Notes: generated by a model from the letters alone, not told the origin. Shown: positions 20,038 through 29,251, counted from the first letter of the stretch. The stretch is 64,000 bases of DNA from Candidatus Aminicenantes bacterium (GCA_026393835.1 JAPKZK010000038.1:185988-249987); one strand, 5' to 3'. Numbers and translations: made by a program.

Positions 20038-20445
20038 TTAAATAATAAACATGGCATCGCCGTAAGAGAAAAAGCGATAACCACTCTCTACAGCGACCCG
20101 GTACGCTTCTTTCATCAATTCGAGCCCACCAAACGCGGCAGTCAATATGAACAAACTCGACTCAGGCAAATGAAAATTGGTAATTAATTTGTCCGCCATC
20201 CGGAACCGGAACCCTGGTGAAATAAATATCTCGGAATAAAACGTCTCTTCCTCGGGCTCTTGCAGGGCATACGTTTCCAACGAACGAACCGACGTCGTAC
20301 CCACGGCAATAAGATGTTTCGTTTCCTTCAACCGCCGGATGCGTTCCCGGTCCTGCCGCGTTATGGTAATATATTCCCGCCCCATGCGATGCCGCGATAT
20401 ATCTTCTACCTCTATCTTTTGAAAGGTGGCCTCCCCCACATTTAG
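20038..20445 (-). pseudogene. queA: 3' fragment of queA
   Basis: NVGEATF, AVGTTSVRSLET, LITNFHLPESSL, YRFFSYGDAM; N-terminal ~60% absent. Confidence 0.85.
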
Positions 20446-20556
20446 TGGCGCTTCCGGACTGTCCCCTTCGTCCCATAATTAACAAGTGACCATTAGCAAT
20501 TATTTCTTTAAAAGGGGGGGCACTGTGAAAATCCGTGCTGTATGCGAAGTCGCGAA

Positions 20557-20613
20557 GTCGCGTCGTTCAGGGGTGCCGCGAAAAAAGCGAACCGCACCCC
20601 TGAACAACGCGAC
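20557..20613. terminator. Long GC-rich hairpin downstream of the 104-aa gene
   Basis: gtcgcgtcgttcaggggtgc / gcacccctgaacaacgcgac, 20-bp arms with one mismatch. Confidence 0.5.
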
Positions 20614-20641
20614 AATGCTCCGCTGCGAACTCAAAGACTTA

Positions 20642-20956
20642 CTATTTTTTGTCTGTAATTCCGCATTCTTTCCAGAGCGCAAAATCGATTTCCAATTTAA
20701 CCAACTTCCTGGCTTCAATCATTTTAGCCATCATCTCGTCCAATTTCGCGTCTAACTCTTCGGTTTTCTTTTTCAACTGGGCTTTGAGACTTTCCTGGTC
20801 ATTATTTAAGATGACAGATTCCAGTTTCAAGGTTGAAATCGATTGGATAAACGGTTCATCGACTCCCCGGCGAGTTAACCTGGACAGGTTTTTCGTAAGT
20901 CCCGATACCATGACTTCGGCATCGCTAATTTTTTCTGCATAAGATGTTTTAGGCAT
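20642..20956 (-). CDS. Hypothetical helical/coiled-coil protein, 104 aa
   Basis: Strong RBS AAGGAGG; SYAEKISDAEVMVSGL..LNNDQESLKAQLKKKT..WKECGITDKK. Confidence 0.8.
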   Translation of the reverse strand: MPKTSYAEKISDAEVMVSGLTKNLSRLTRRGVDEPFIQSISTLKLESVILNNDQESLKAQLKKKTEELDAKLDEMMAKMIEARKLVKLEIDFALWKECGITDKK

Positions 20957-21019
20957 TTTTGCCCTCCTTTTTATATTCTATTTTCATGGCGACAACCGCC
21001 ATTTTCTACCTTGTTTTTA

Positions 21020-21240
21020 CCTTCCCCAACGTAGGGGAACCCTTCCCCCATGTAGGGGAAACCTTCCCCCATGTAGGGGACCTCTTCCCCCATGTAGGGG
21101 AGACTTTCCCCGATGTAGGGGATGCCTTCCCCCATGTAGGGGAGATTTTCCCCCATGTAGGGGAACTCTTCCCCCATGTAGGGGAACCTTTGCCCTAAGT
21201 AGGGGAAACCTTCCCCCAGGTGGGGGAACGTTTCCCCCAA
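21020..21240. repeat. 21-bp tandem array, 10 units, each a small hairpin
   Basis: Consensus GTAGGGGA-nnnn-TTCCCCCAT; units start at 21031, 21052, ... 21220. Confidence 0.95.
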
Positions 21241-21383
21241 CTTTTTTAAAGAGTTATTAAGTTCGGGGGACAATTCCCCAATCTGAAGGATAATCTCCCC
21301 TAACTCGGAAAGGCTTTCCCCCACTTGTTTTTTCATTGGAAACAACCGGGAAATATCACGCCCCATTTGAGGTGGCACCAGAA

Positions 21384-21602
21384 AATGTAACATCATCATT
21401 TGGATGTAATGCATATCTGTTACATTCTGCCACACAAAATAATTAGAGATCCGTTCTGTTTTTACCATCAAATGCTTTATATCACGGATTATTTTTGATG
21501 TCAAGTATTATTTTTATTTTGAAACATATCTGTTATATTTATGCATATGTGTTACATCCGAATCACTAACCTCTTGCAAAGTATAGGGAATTGGGATATA
21601 AT
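21384..21602. promoter_or_regulatory. Divergent sigma70 promoters with repeated operator-like boxes
   Basis: Leftward TTGACA-17-TATAAA (~21477-21505), rightward TTGCAA-17-TATAAT (21574-21602); CATAT(C/G)TGTTA(C/T)AT three times (~21412, 21525, 21544). Confidence 0.7.
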
Positions 21603-21608
21603 GACTGT

Positions 21609-22079
21609 ATGAGTGTGAAATCTTTGCCGGATATATACGAAGAAATAAGGCTAAAAATTGGGAACAAACTCAAAAGCCTGAGGAATAGTAAAGGCCTGAC
21701 CCAGTTTCGAGTGGCAGGGACCCTGCTAATATCCCGGATGCATTATATGAGACTTGAAAAGGGTGAAATGATACCCAGTGCAATGCATCTGTATCGGTTG
21801 GCGAAATTTTATGGTGTATCCATGGAGTGGTTCTTTGATGACGATTCAAATGTACCGCCGCCGGGGGTTCGAGCCCCATCTGATTTCGGAGCGGACCAGG
21901 ATACGGTGACGGAACTCTTTCAGGTTATGCGGGAGGTTCCTTTGATTCGTTACAGTATCCTGAAAGATTTTATGGAAATGAAGCAGGAGCATAAGGCCCT
22001 CATAAACTCCACCCGGGAGAAGTATAAGGAATACTCTGAAACGGCCATGAAGCATCAATCCCCTGACCAGGGCGCGTAA
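21609..22079 (+). CDS. XRE-family HTH transcriptional regulator
   Basis: IGNKLKSLRNSKGLTQ..YMRLEKGEMIPS..LAKFYGVSMEWF; ATG 6 nt after the -10 box. Confidence 0.88.
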   Translation: MSVKSLPDIYEEIRLKIGNKLKSLRNSKGLTQFRVAGTLLISRMHYMRLEKGEMIPSAMHLYRLAKFYGVSMEWFFDDDSNVPPPGVRAPSDFGADQDTVTELFQVMREVPLIRYSILKDFMEMKQEHKALINSTREKYKEYSETAMKHQSPDQGA

Positions 22080-22267
22080 AAAGGTGGGCTCTGGTTTATT
22101 GGTAGGGCCGGGAGCCCTGCGCAAAAAACTATGAACAATAAGCGGGCGAACACGGGGGTTCGCCCCTACAAAAGCAATATATCCGCTTATGCCCGTTAAC
22201 AATTAATAATTAACAATTGACCATTAAGAATTATCTCTTCAAAGAGCCAGGTTTTCTGTCTGTGAGC

Positions 22268-22359
22268 GTCGCAACGCTTGTGTCCGTCCGTGGCTCATAT
22301 TTTCCGGATTATCGGTAGGGCCGGGGGCCCTGGGCAAAAAACAACAAACGGGCGAACAC
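22268..22359. repeat. ~92-bp direct repeat, copy 1 (copy 2 at 24387-24478)
   Basis: acgcttgtgtccgtccgtggctcatattttccggattatcggtag.gccgggg.ccctgggcaaaaaacaa.aaacgggcg. Confidence 0.92.
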
Positions 22360-22451
22360 GGAAACAAGGCGGTTCGCCCCTACATAATAATATTAGGGCA
22401 TTCGCTTGAAATCCTTAATGGTTTGCTATAAAATACAGGGAGGAGTTGCTG

Positions 22452-23699
22452 ATGAAGATAAATAAAGTACACTTTGAAGACCACCCGTTTTTCGGGACCA
22501 TGGATATCGATTTTTCCGGTTCCGACGGCAGTCGTCCATTAAATACTGTAGTCATTGCCGGGATTAACGGTTCGGGGAAGACCACACTCCTGGATGCCAT
22601 CGTCGATATGATGACCGATGCGGCTAATCCCCTGGAAAAATCCTATCTCGAAATAGAACTGACGGAACTTTACGAAAAAAAACTTTTACATTGGGAATAC
22701 TACGATTTATCCTCGGTATTGGGGTGGAATGACGGCGATGAGAATAAAAGGCGTCGTGAAATTATTAAATTTAATGCCGGTAAGAAAGATGAAAGCAGGA
22801 ATTTGATCGACAAATTCAAACAACTGGAAGACAGTGAAAAACCGCGAATCGTGTATATGCCCACGGAGATAAATTTTAGCAAGATAGTGCCAAAGATTAA
22901 TCCTTATGTCTATAAATACAAATTCCTTAATATTGTCGACGAAAATGTCGCCCAGGATGTCCCGAACTATTTTGCAACCGATATCGACCGGGGTGTTTAC
23001 AGTAGCGACCAAAAACCGGCGGCTGAATCGATTAAGAAGGTTTGTGACGAGATAAATTCCATTTTCAAAGAACTTGAGATGGAATCATGGATAACCGGTT
23101 TGAAGAAGGATGGCTCACGGATGCCTATTTTCCGGAACAAAATAGGGAAAGAATTTGATATCACGGGATTATCATCAGGCGAGATGCAGCTTTTCCTTAG
23201 AATCATGAGTTTAAGAATGATGCAAATCAATAACTCCATCATTTTGGTGGACGAACCGGAAATTTCCTTGCATCCTTCGTGGCAGCAGAGGATCATAAAG
23301 GTTTACGAGAATATCGGTAAGAACAACCAGGTTATCGCGGCCACACATTCCCCGCATGTGGTATCTTCCGTTCCGAATGAAAATCTAAGAATATTATTGG
23401 TTGATCCCCCCGGCATACAGGTACTGGACCACAGGGACATAAGGAATTCATATGGGGTCGCCATTAAAAGGGTATTAAAAGATATCATGCTCTTGAAATC
23501 GGATAGAGACCCGGAGATTCAGTCGCGAATCGATGGTTTGAAGAGTGATTTAAAACGGGATGATTACAATCCGGCCAAATTTGAAACCTCTTTTAATGAA
23601 CTTGAAGAAATCCTGGGAACGACCGACGAAGAATTGATTCGAATCAAAATGGAAATGTTGAGAAAGGAGAAGAAAGCTAGAGATGCTGAAAATAGATAA
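22452..23699 (+). CDS. ABC/AAA_21 ATPase, PtuA-like
   Basis: GINGSGKTT, LSSGE signature, ILVDEPEISLHPSWQ, ATHSPH. Confidence 0.88.
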   Translation: MKINKVHFEDHPFFGTMDIDFSGSDGSRPLNTVVIAGINGSGKTTLLDAIVDMMTDAANPLEKSYLEIELTELYEKKLLHWEYYDLSSVLGWNDGDENKRRREIIKFNAGKKDESRNLIDKFKQLEDSEKPRIVYMPTEINFSKIVPKINPYVYKYKFLNIVDENVAQDVPNYFATDIDRGVYSSDQKPAAESIKKVCDEINSIFKELEMESWITGLKKDGSRMPIFRNKIGKEFDITGLSSGEMQLFLRIMSLRMMQINNSIILVDEPEISLHPSWQQRIIKVYENIGKNNQVIAATHSPHVVSSVPNENLRILLVDPPGIQVLDHRDIRNSYGVAIKRVLKDIMLLKSDRDPEIQSRIDGLKSDLKRDDYNPAKFETSFNELEEILGTTDEELIRIKMEMLRKEKKARDAENR

Positions 23700-24357
23700 A
23701 GCGGAAGAGCCCCAGGAATTCGTTGATTTCAAAAAAACACACCCGAAACAATGGGATGAGATTGACAATGTCCCCGGTTTAAAAAAGAGATTAAGGGACT
23801 ACCTTCTTGAACATGAGCAAAAAATAAATAGCAGTTACTGCTGCGTCTATTGCGAGCGCAAAATTAGCCTGGAACGTTCCCATATCGAGCATATCAAACC
23901 GAAATCCGTATATAAAGCCGATACCTTTAACTATCAAAATCTCACGGTCTCCTGCCAGGAGGATAAGGATAAGGTCAAAGTAAAAGGTCTAAAAAGAAAT
24001 TTGAAAACATGTGGGCATTATAAGGAGAATCGATTTGATGAAGCCAAATTTATAAATCCTGTCCTGGATTACCCCAAGGATTTCTTTACTTATGATATAA
24101 CCACCGGGAACGTTATTTCCCGGGAGGGTTTGAGTGGTAAGGAGCAGGGGAAAGCGAACTATACGATTGACCTTTTAAACCTAAACCATGCCTATTTAGC
24201 CGATACAAGAACCGAGATAATTAATAATTTTCGTTCAATTGAAAACAGGGAGGAATTGCTTTATGTTCTCGATCATTTTGACCAGTTTCCCGGGGTTGTT
24301 GACTTTTTCAGGAGTGAATATCTTGATATATGGAGCGAGATGCATGCCGCCACTTAA
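23683..24357 (+). CDS. HNH endonuclease, PtuB/TIGR02646-like
   Basis: EQ..CCVYCERKI, HIEHIKPKS, YQNLTVSC, TCGHYK, TIDLLNLN; overlaps the ATPase gene. Confidence 0.88.
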   Translation: MLKIDKAEEPQEFVDFKKTHPKQWDEIDNVPGLKKRLRDYLLEHEQKINSSYCCVYCERKISLERSHIEHIKPKSVYKADTFNYQNLTVSCQEDKDKVKVKGLKRNLKTCGHYKENRFDEAKFINPVLDYPKDFFTYDITTGNVISREGLSGKEQGKANYTIDLLNLNHAYLADTRTEIINNFRSIENREELLYVLDHFDQFPGVVDFFRSEYLDIWSEMHAAT

Positions 24358-24386
24358 ACGCCCCTGTTGCCGTTTTGTCCGTGTTT

Positions 24387-24478
24387 GTCGCGACGCTTGT
24401 GTCCGTCCGTGGCTCATATTTTCCGGATTATCGGTAGAGCCGGGGTCCCTGGGCAAAAAACAATAAACGGGCGGACAC
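24387..24478. repeat. ~92-bp direct repeat, copy 2
   Basis: Matches 22268-22359. Confidence 0.92.
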
Positions 24479-24577
24479 TGGGATAAATTTTACTTTTTCT
24501 TTTCAATGCTTTTGGTTTATAATTTAATTCCTCAAGTCGAATAACGATGAGTCGCTTTTTAATACGGCGGAACAAAT

Positions 24578-25051
24578 ATGAAAATAATCTTTTTAGACAT
24601 CGACGGTGTTGTTAATCCATGGAGATCGGAAAGGGATTCAAGCGGAAGATTCGGACAAAAAGCCCTTGAAAATTTCAAGCTGATCATGGACACCGCGGCG
24701 GATACCTTTGTAGTTATAACCAGTTCCTGGCGCTACCATCATACACTTTCCGAGATAAAGAAATTTTTCCATCAAGCAGGGATCAGTCCCGGGCGGATTT
24801 TGGATATTACGCCGGATCTCAGGCGTGATGAGGGGCAGATAAGGCATGATCCCGGGCGAAATGAAGAAATACAAGCCTGGTTGGATCAACATCCTGGAGT
24901 TGAAAAATTTGCCATTATTGACGATGTTGACTTTGAACAAATGGAAGGCCTGGAAGAGCATTTCTTCCAAACGCAGTTCGAGGAGGGCTTGACTCTTGAT
25001 CAGAGCCTTAAAATAATTAATCACCTGAATACTTCAGGGCCTATGTGTTAA
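24578..25051 (+). CDS. HAD-domain protein (Swiss-Army-Knife RNA repair-like)
   Basis: IFLDIDGVVN, VITSSWR, RNEEIQAWL, FAIIDD. Confidence 0.85.
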   Translation: MKIIFLDIDGVVNPWRSERDSSGRFGQKALENFKLIMDTAADTFVVITSSWRYHHTLSEIKKFFHQAGISPGRILDITPDLRRDEGQIRHDPGRNEEIQAWLDQHPGVEKFAIIDDVDFEQMEGLEEHFFQTQFEEGLTLDQSLKIINHLNTSGPMC

Positions 25052-25097
25052 CCTTTTTTGCCCATATTGCGAAGAAAAAACTCCGCTATCGACCTTT

Positions 25098-25217
25098 TTA
25101 ACCCAATCCTTGCTTGAAAAATTGAAAAAGTTCCATCTCATCATCTTCAAGAAAGAATTTAATTTCGATTTCCGAAATGATTGATTTAACCATATCTGTC
25201 TGTTCTTCATCAAGCAT
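25098..25217 (-). pseudogene. Internally deleted AbiEii-like nucleotidyltransferase remnant (39 aa)
   Basis: TAATG-coupled to the AbiEi-like gene: MLDEEQTDMVKSIISEIEIKFFL|EDDEMELFQFFKQGLG*. Confidence 0.55.
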
Positions 25218-26281
25218 TATCCAATCCATCCCAGGTATTTTTCCTTAATCATATGAGCTGTTTCAATACACCGCTGATCCGATGTTTCCAGTAAATCGGC
25301 ATACATCGCCAATGGATGCAGTTTTTTTATTTGAATTCCTTCCCCTGGTTCATCAGTATTGAGGAGATCATCTGAAAAAAGCGTATAAAGTCGAATTGTT
25401 CCCTCCGGGGATTCCAACAATTTAACCTGCTTTTTGAATTCCGCCATATAATTTTCCGGCGCCCACAAATCCATGAACGCCGGTTTTAAATATCCGGTGT
25501 ACAACTCCCCTGCCCGTTCACCGCCAATACCTATCGCTGTCTTTAGTTGAGCCGAAACCCTGTCGATGTTTGAAAAATCCGGGCCATAAGGCCATTTGTA
25601 TTTTCCCTTAAATAATTGCGGTTTAATCTTTTCCAGGTAAATCTGGACCCAGAGTTCCAGCAGCTTCAGCGATTCTAAAATACAAACGCCATCAGCCATG
25701 ATTTTTATGATTTTCCGTCGTTTTAGTTCCGCCATTGTTTGAGAAACTTTACCCAGGGATACCATTGATTTTGCGGCGATCTCCCTGTACCCACTCTTCA
25801 ATTGCGGCCCATTTTTTAACAGGTAAAAAAATAACTTCCCATTGGTCTGAGAAACCAATGGATGCCGTTTTTCAATTTCGATCTTCTTGTTATTTGTATT
25901 GAATATAAAAATTTTTCCCGGGACTTCGATGTAAATATTACCGGCTTCATCGATAAACCATATTTTCTTCATTCGCAAAGTATCTGCGATAGGCGGCGAT
26001 ATATAGTCGGACAACAGCATTTTAAATTGAGAGTTCACTGTAGTAAACCGGGATTCAAGCAATGACAGCGTTGATGGTCTCAAATTCCTTCTAACTAAGG
26101 CTGTAACCTGGGATGTATGTTCATCGCCAACTTTTATATCGAATTCGATTTCGTTTGCGGCTGAGGAAGAATGTTCCTTTTTAAACTCAAGCCTGGCATT
26201 TATAAGATATGATTTTAAGCCGTTTTCAATAATAGCGGCGGCTTCATTTCTGTTCATTTTTTCAAACCGTTCATGTATCAT
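25217..26281 (-). CDS. Type IV TA antitoxin, AbiEi-like
   Basis: FIDEAGNIY, HTH YREIAAKSMVSLGKVS, GGERAG, HPLAMYADLL..DQRCIETA; start 6 nt after TTGACA-17-TATCAT, with a gttcatg-tat-catgaac palindrome over the start. Confidence 0.8.
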   Translation of the reverse strand: MIHERFEKMNRNEAAAIIENGLKSYLINARLEFKKEHSSSAANEIEFDIKVGDEHTSQVTALVRRNLRPSTLSLLESRFTTVNSQFKMLLSDYISPPIADTLRMKKIWFIDEAGNIYIEVPGKIFIFNTNNKKIEIEKRHPLVSQTNGKLFFYLLKNGPQLKSGYREIAAKSMVSLGKVSQTMAELKRRKIIKIMADGVCILESLKLLELWVQIYLEKIKPQLFKGKYKWPYGPDFSNIDRVSAQLKTAIGIGGERAGELYTGYLKPAFMDLWAPENYMAEFKKQVKLLESPEGTIRLYTLFSDDLLNTDEPGEGIQIKKLHPLAMYADLLETSDQRCIETAHMIKEKYLGWIG

Positions 26282-26374
26282 GAACATATGATAATACTGA
26301 ACGCATTGAATGTCAAATACAATATTGAAAATGTTTTCCAGGAAAGCTTTGTTGATTAATCCGGTCTCTTTCAT

Positions 26375-26539
26375 TCAAAAAGAACTATCGGAAAGAAGCC
26401 ATTTGGGAAATGGAATGACATCGATTTCAGAGTCCCGGTCTTTTATCGATTCTTCCCGGTTAGCCGCTAAAATGATCCCTTTTTTTAGGCCAAAGTGCAT
26501 CATGCCTTTTTTTAAAGCCCGGACTTCACGTTCCCTGGT
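26375..26539 (-). pseudogene. Extreme C-terminal fragment of a DUF4143 ATPase
   Basis: TREREVRALKKGMMHFGLKKGIILAANREESI..IDVIPFPKWLL; first 38 bp repeat 19085-19122. Confidence 0.75.
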
Positions 26540-26699
26540 AAGGATACGGGACAGGCGAATTTTTATTACTGGAGGGAACAGATTAGTATCCAGTCAGAAA
26601 ATTTCACAGTTGATAAAAAAATGAATTAATATTATAATAGGGAAAAGAATGGACCCAAAAAAGGAAAAAGACAATGAGTGAAAACAAGGAGGCCCAAAA

Positions 26700-26897
26700 A
26701 TGAACGCTCAGCCGCTTACCAATGTGCAGATAGAACTTCTTAAATTATATTCGACGAATTTGAGCCAGGATGATTTACTGAACTTAAAAAAAATATTAGC
26801 CAGGTATTTTGCCCAAAAAGCGATTAACGGAGCGGATAAAATCTGGGAAGAAAAAGGTTTGTCAAATGCGGATATGAAGAAGTGGCTCAATGAATGA
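26700..26897 (+). CDS. Putative antitoxin of the PIN module
   Basis: PLTNVQIELLKLYS..ADKIWEEKG; RBS AAGGAGG; overlaps the PIN gene. Confidence 0.75.
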   Translation: MNAQPLTNVQIELLKLYSTNLSQDDLLNLKKILARYFAQKAINGADKIWEEKGLSNADMKKWLNE

Positions 26898-27309
26898 AAA
26901 ACCGAAAATTGTTTTAGATACAAATGTTTTGCTTGTTTCTATTTCAAGCAAATCGGAAATGCATTGGATCTTCCAAAAATTACTTCAAGAAGAATTTGAA
27001 CTTGTAGTTTCAAATGAAATTTTACTTGAATACGAAGAAGTAATTTCGAAGAAATATTCCGATGAAGTGGCTGATGATGTTATTCGCACATTGCTTTTAC
27101 TTTCCAATGTCATTAAAAGTGATGTTTATTATAGATGGGCGTTACTGGTGGCCGACGCTGACGACAACAAATTTGTCGATTGTGCGGTGTCGGCTAATGC
27201 GGATTATATTGTAACGCAGGATAAGGATTTCAAGCCATTGGAGACAGTGGATTTTCCCTCTGTAGAAGTTCTTGATATCAATGGATTTAAAGAGCTTTTA
27301 AACTTATAG
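26890..27309 (+). CDS. PIN-domain toxin (TIGR00305-like)
   Basis: IVLDTNVL, EILLEYEEV, DADDNKFVDCA, IVTQDKDF. Confidence 0.9.
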   Translation: MNEKPKIVLDTNVLLVSISSKSEMHWIFQKLLQEEFELVVSNEILLEYEEVISKKYSDEVADDVIRTLLLLSNVIKSDVYYRWALLVADADDNKFVDCAVSANADYIVTQDKDFKPLETVDFPSVEVLDINGFKELLNL

Positions 27310-27430
27310 ACCGTTCCGTAAACCTTAAGCCCCTTATCAACTTTACTTTTGCCTCCGGCGGGTCAGAACCCTTTTGAAAAAGGGTTCCGACACCTCCTAA
27401 AACTTCTAATAGGCTCCCCGCGCCGCGGGG

Positions 27431-28786
27431 TTATCCTTTTATCTTACTGTAAAAATCATACAGGTTCTCCACCGGCACGAGGGAAACATTGTTATTAATC
27501 CTGATATCCGCCTGGGTCGCCGGTAATATGAATTTCGTAAAACCCTGCCGCACCGCTTCCTTGATCCGGCCCTCAATGAATGTGACCGGCCGGATTTCCC
27601 CGGTAAGTCCCACTTCCCCAATTACTATTAAATCCTTGGGCGCGGCAATGTTCTTATAACTGGTCAACAACGCCGAGATAACGGAAAGGTCCGCGGCGGT
27701 CTCACGAATAGCCATGCCCCCGGTAACATTTAAAAATACATCGGATTTGTAAAAAGGCAATTTTAATTTTTTCTCGATAATGGAGATCAACATGGCCATG
27801 CGGTAAGGATCACACCCAACGGTAATCCGCCGCGGATTCCCGGCAAACGGACTGTCAGTGACCAACGCCTGTATCTCGATCAATATGGCACGCATGCCAT
27901 TCAATGCCGGGAAAATGGAAATGCCGGACTCGGCCGTTTGCCGGTGCTGGAGAAATAACAACGAGGGATCGCTAATGGAAGTAAGCCCTTTAGCCGTCAT
28001 CCGGAATATACCGACTTCATCGATGGCCCCAAACCGGTTCTTCTCGGCCCGCAAGATTCGCAAATCGGTCTTGATCTCCCCCTGGAAATAAAAAACCACA
28101 TCCACCATGTGCTCCAACATTTTGGGCCCGGCGATCTGCCCCTCCTTGGTGATATGCCCGATAATGAATACGGATATGTTATTGCTCTTGGCGGTATCGA
28201 TGATCTCCGCCGTGACATAACGCATGGAAGAAATAGAACCGGAAATGAGCGACGCTTTCTGCGAAGTAATGGTCTGGATGGAATCGATAATCAAAAAATC
28301 GGGCCGCAACTCCTCGATAGAACTTTTTAAATCTTCCAACGTACCCATGGTCAACAAGTAGATGCTCTCCGAATCCACCCCCAACCGGTTGGCCCTTAAC
28401 TTTATCTGCACAGCCGACTCTTCCCCGGAATAGTAGAGTATCTTTTTCCCTTTTTTCGACAGGATGCCGGAAACTTCCAACACCAACGTGGATTTTCCTA
28501 CGCCGGGTTCGCCGCCGATCAATATGACGGAACCGGGCACGATTCCCCCGCCCAATACGCGATCGAACTCCTCTAACCCGGTAATCTCCCGCTGCACTTC
28601 AATGTTATCGATTTCATTCAATACGATAGGCTTGACCTGTTTGGTCCCGATTGTATGTCCGCTTTCATCCTTTTCGGGTTTCACCTCGATCATGGAATTC
28701 CAGGCATTGCACTGGGGACATTTGCCGTAAAACTTGGGACTCTGATACCCACACTCCACACATTCAAATAAGGCTTTAGCTTTCAT
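27431..28786 (-). CDS. radA: DNA repair protein RadA/Sms
   Basis: C4 zinc finger, GEPGVGKST, KNRFG motif, GEVGLTGEIRP. Confidence 0.96.
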   Translation of the reverse strand: MKAKALFECVECGYQSPKFYGKCPQCNAWNSMIEVKPEKDESGHTIGTKQVKPIVLNEIDNIEVQREITGLEEFDRVLGGGIVPGSVILIGGEPGVGKSTLVLEVSGILSKKGKKILYYSGEESAVQIKLRANRLGVDSESIYLLTMGTLEDLKSSIEELRPDFLIIDSIQTITSQKASLISGSISSMRYVTAEIIDTAKSNNISVFIIGHITKEGQIAGPKMLEHMVDVVFYFQGEIKTDLRILRAEKNRFGAIDEVGIFRMTAKGLTSISDPSLLFLQHRQTAESGISIFPALNGMRAILIEIQALVTDSPFAGNPRRITVGCDPYRMAMLISIIEKKLKLPFYKSDVFLNVTGGMAIRETAADLSVISALLTSYKNIAAPKDLIVIGEVGLTGEIRPVTFIEGRIKEAVRQGFTKFILPATQADIRINNNVSLVPVENLYDFYSKIKG

Positions 28787-28791
28787 AGATT

Positions 28792-29251
28792 TTTAGCCAC
28801 GGACGAACACGGACAAACACGGACAATAAAAAATTTAGAATATTTTTCTTTTAAATTCAAGCTTGTCTCCAAAGTTTACTAATAGCCCGATTTTAGTCCC
28901 GGTTACCTTAAGATAATTCAATAACTGGGCCTCATGTATGGATAATAAACAGCTAACCGCTTTGACTTCAATCAATACCTTCCCTTCTACCATAATATCT
29001 GCCCGAAAATCTCCAACTAAGTGATTCTTATAATATACATTTAAAACCTTCTGGCTTTCAGCACATAATCCCATATCGCCTAACTCGATCATTAATGATT
29101 TTTCATATACAGATTCTAAAAACCCCCCACCCAATTCATCATAAACATTATAAAAACATCTTATAACGCTATCCGTCAAATCTTTATACAAAATATCGCT
29201 GCCCATTTTTTTCTTTTTGTCCGTGTCCGTCCGTGTTCGTCCGTGGCTAAA
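28792..29251. mobile_element. GxxExxY cassette bounded by 35-bp terminal inverted repeats
   Basis: tttagccacggacgaacacggacaaacacggacaa (28792-28826) and its reverse complement at 29217-29251, 33/35 match. Confidence 0.7.
28835..29206 (-). CDS. GxxExxY protein (PD-(D/E)XK-like)
   Basis: LGGGFLESVYE, ADIMVEGKVLIEVKA, AQLLNYLK, GLLVNFG. Confidence 0.93.
   Translation of the reverse strand: MGSDILYKDLTDSVIRCFYNVYDELGGGFLESVYEKSLMIELGDMGLCAESQKVLNVYYKNHLVGDFRADIMVEGKVLIEVKAVSCLLSIHEAQLLNYLKVTGTKIGLLVNFGDKLEFKRKIF

Noticed and set aside
20557-20613. Integron attC site
   Set aside because: No RYYYAAC/GTTRRRY core pair, no repetition between cassettes and no integron integrase.
21020-21240. CRISPR array or TIGR-type array
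   Set aside because: Period is only 21 bp with about four variable bases; there are no spacer-length unique segments and no cas or Nop-domain gene was recognised.
20971-21504. 177-aa heptad-repeat ORF as a confident CDS
   Set aside because: Its TTG start lies in the -35 box, the internal ATG has no RBS, and openness is expected from a stop-free 21-bp repeat; left unresolved.
22080-24480. Retron
   Set aside because: No reverse transcriptase in the window; nearby hairpins are dispersed REP-like repeats.
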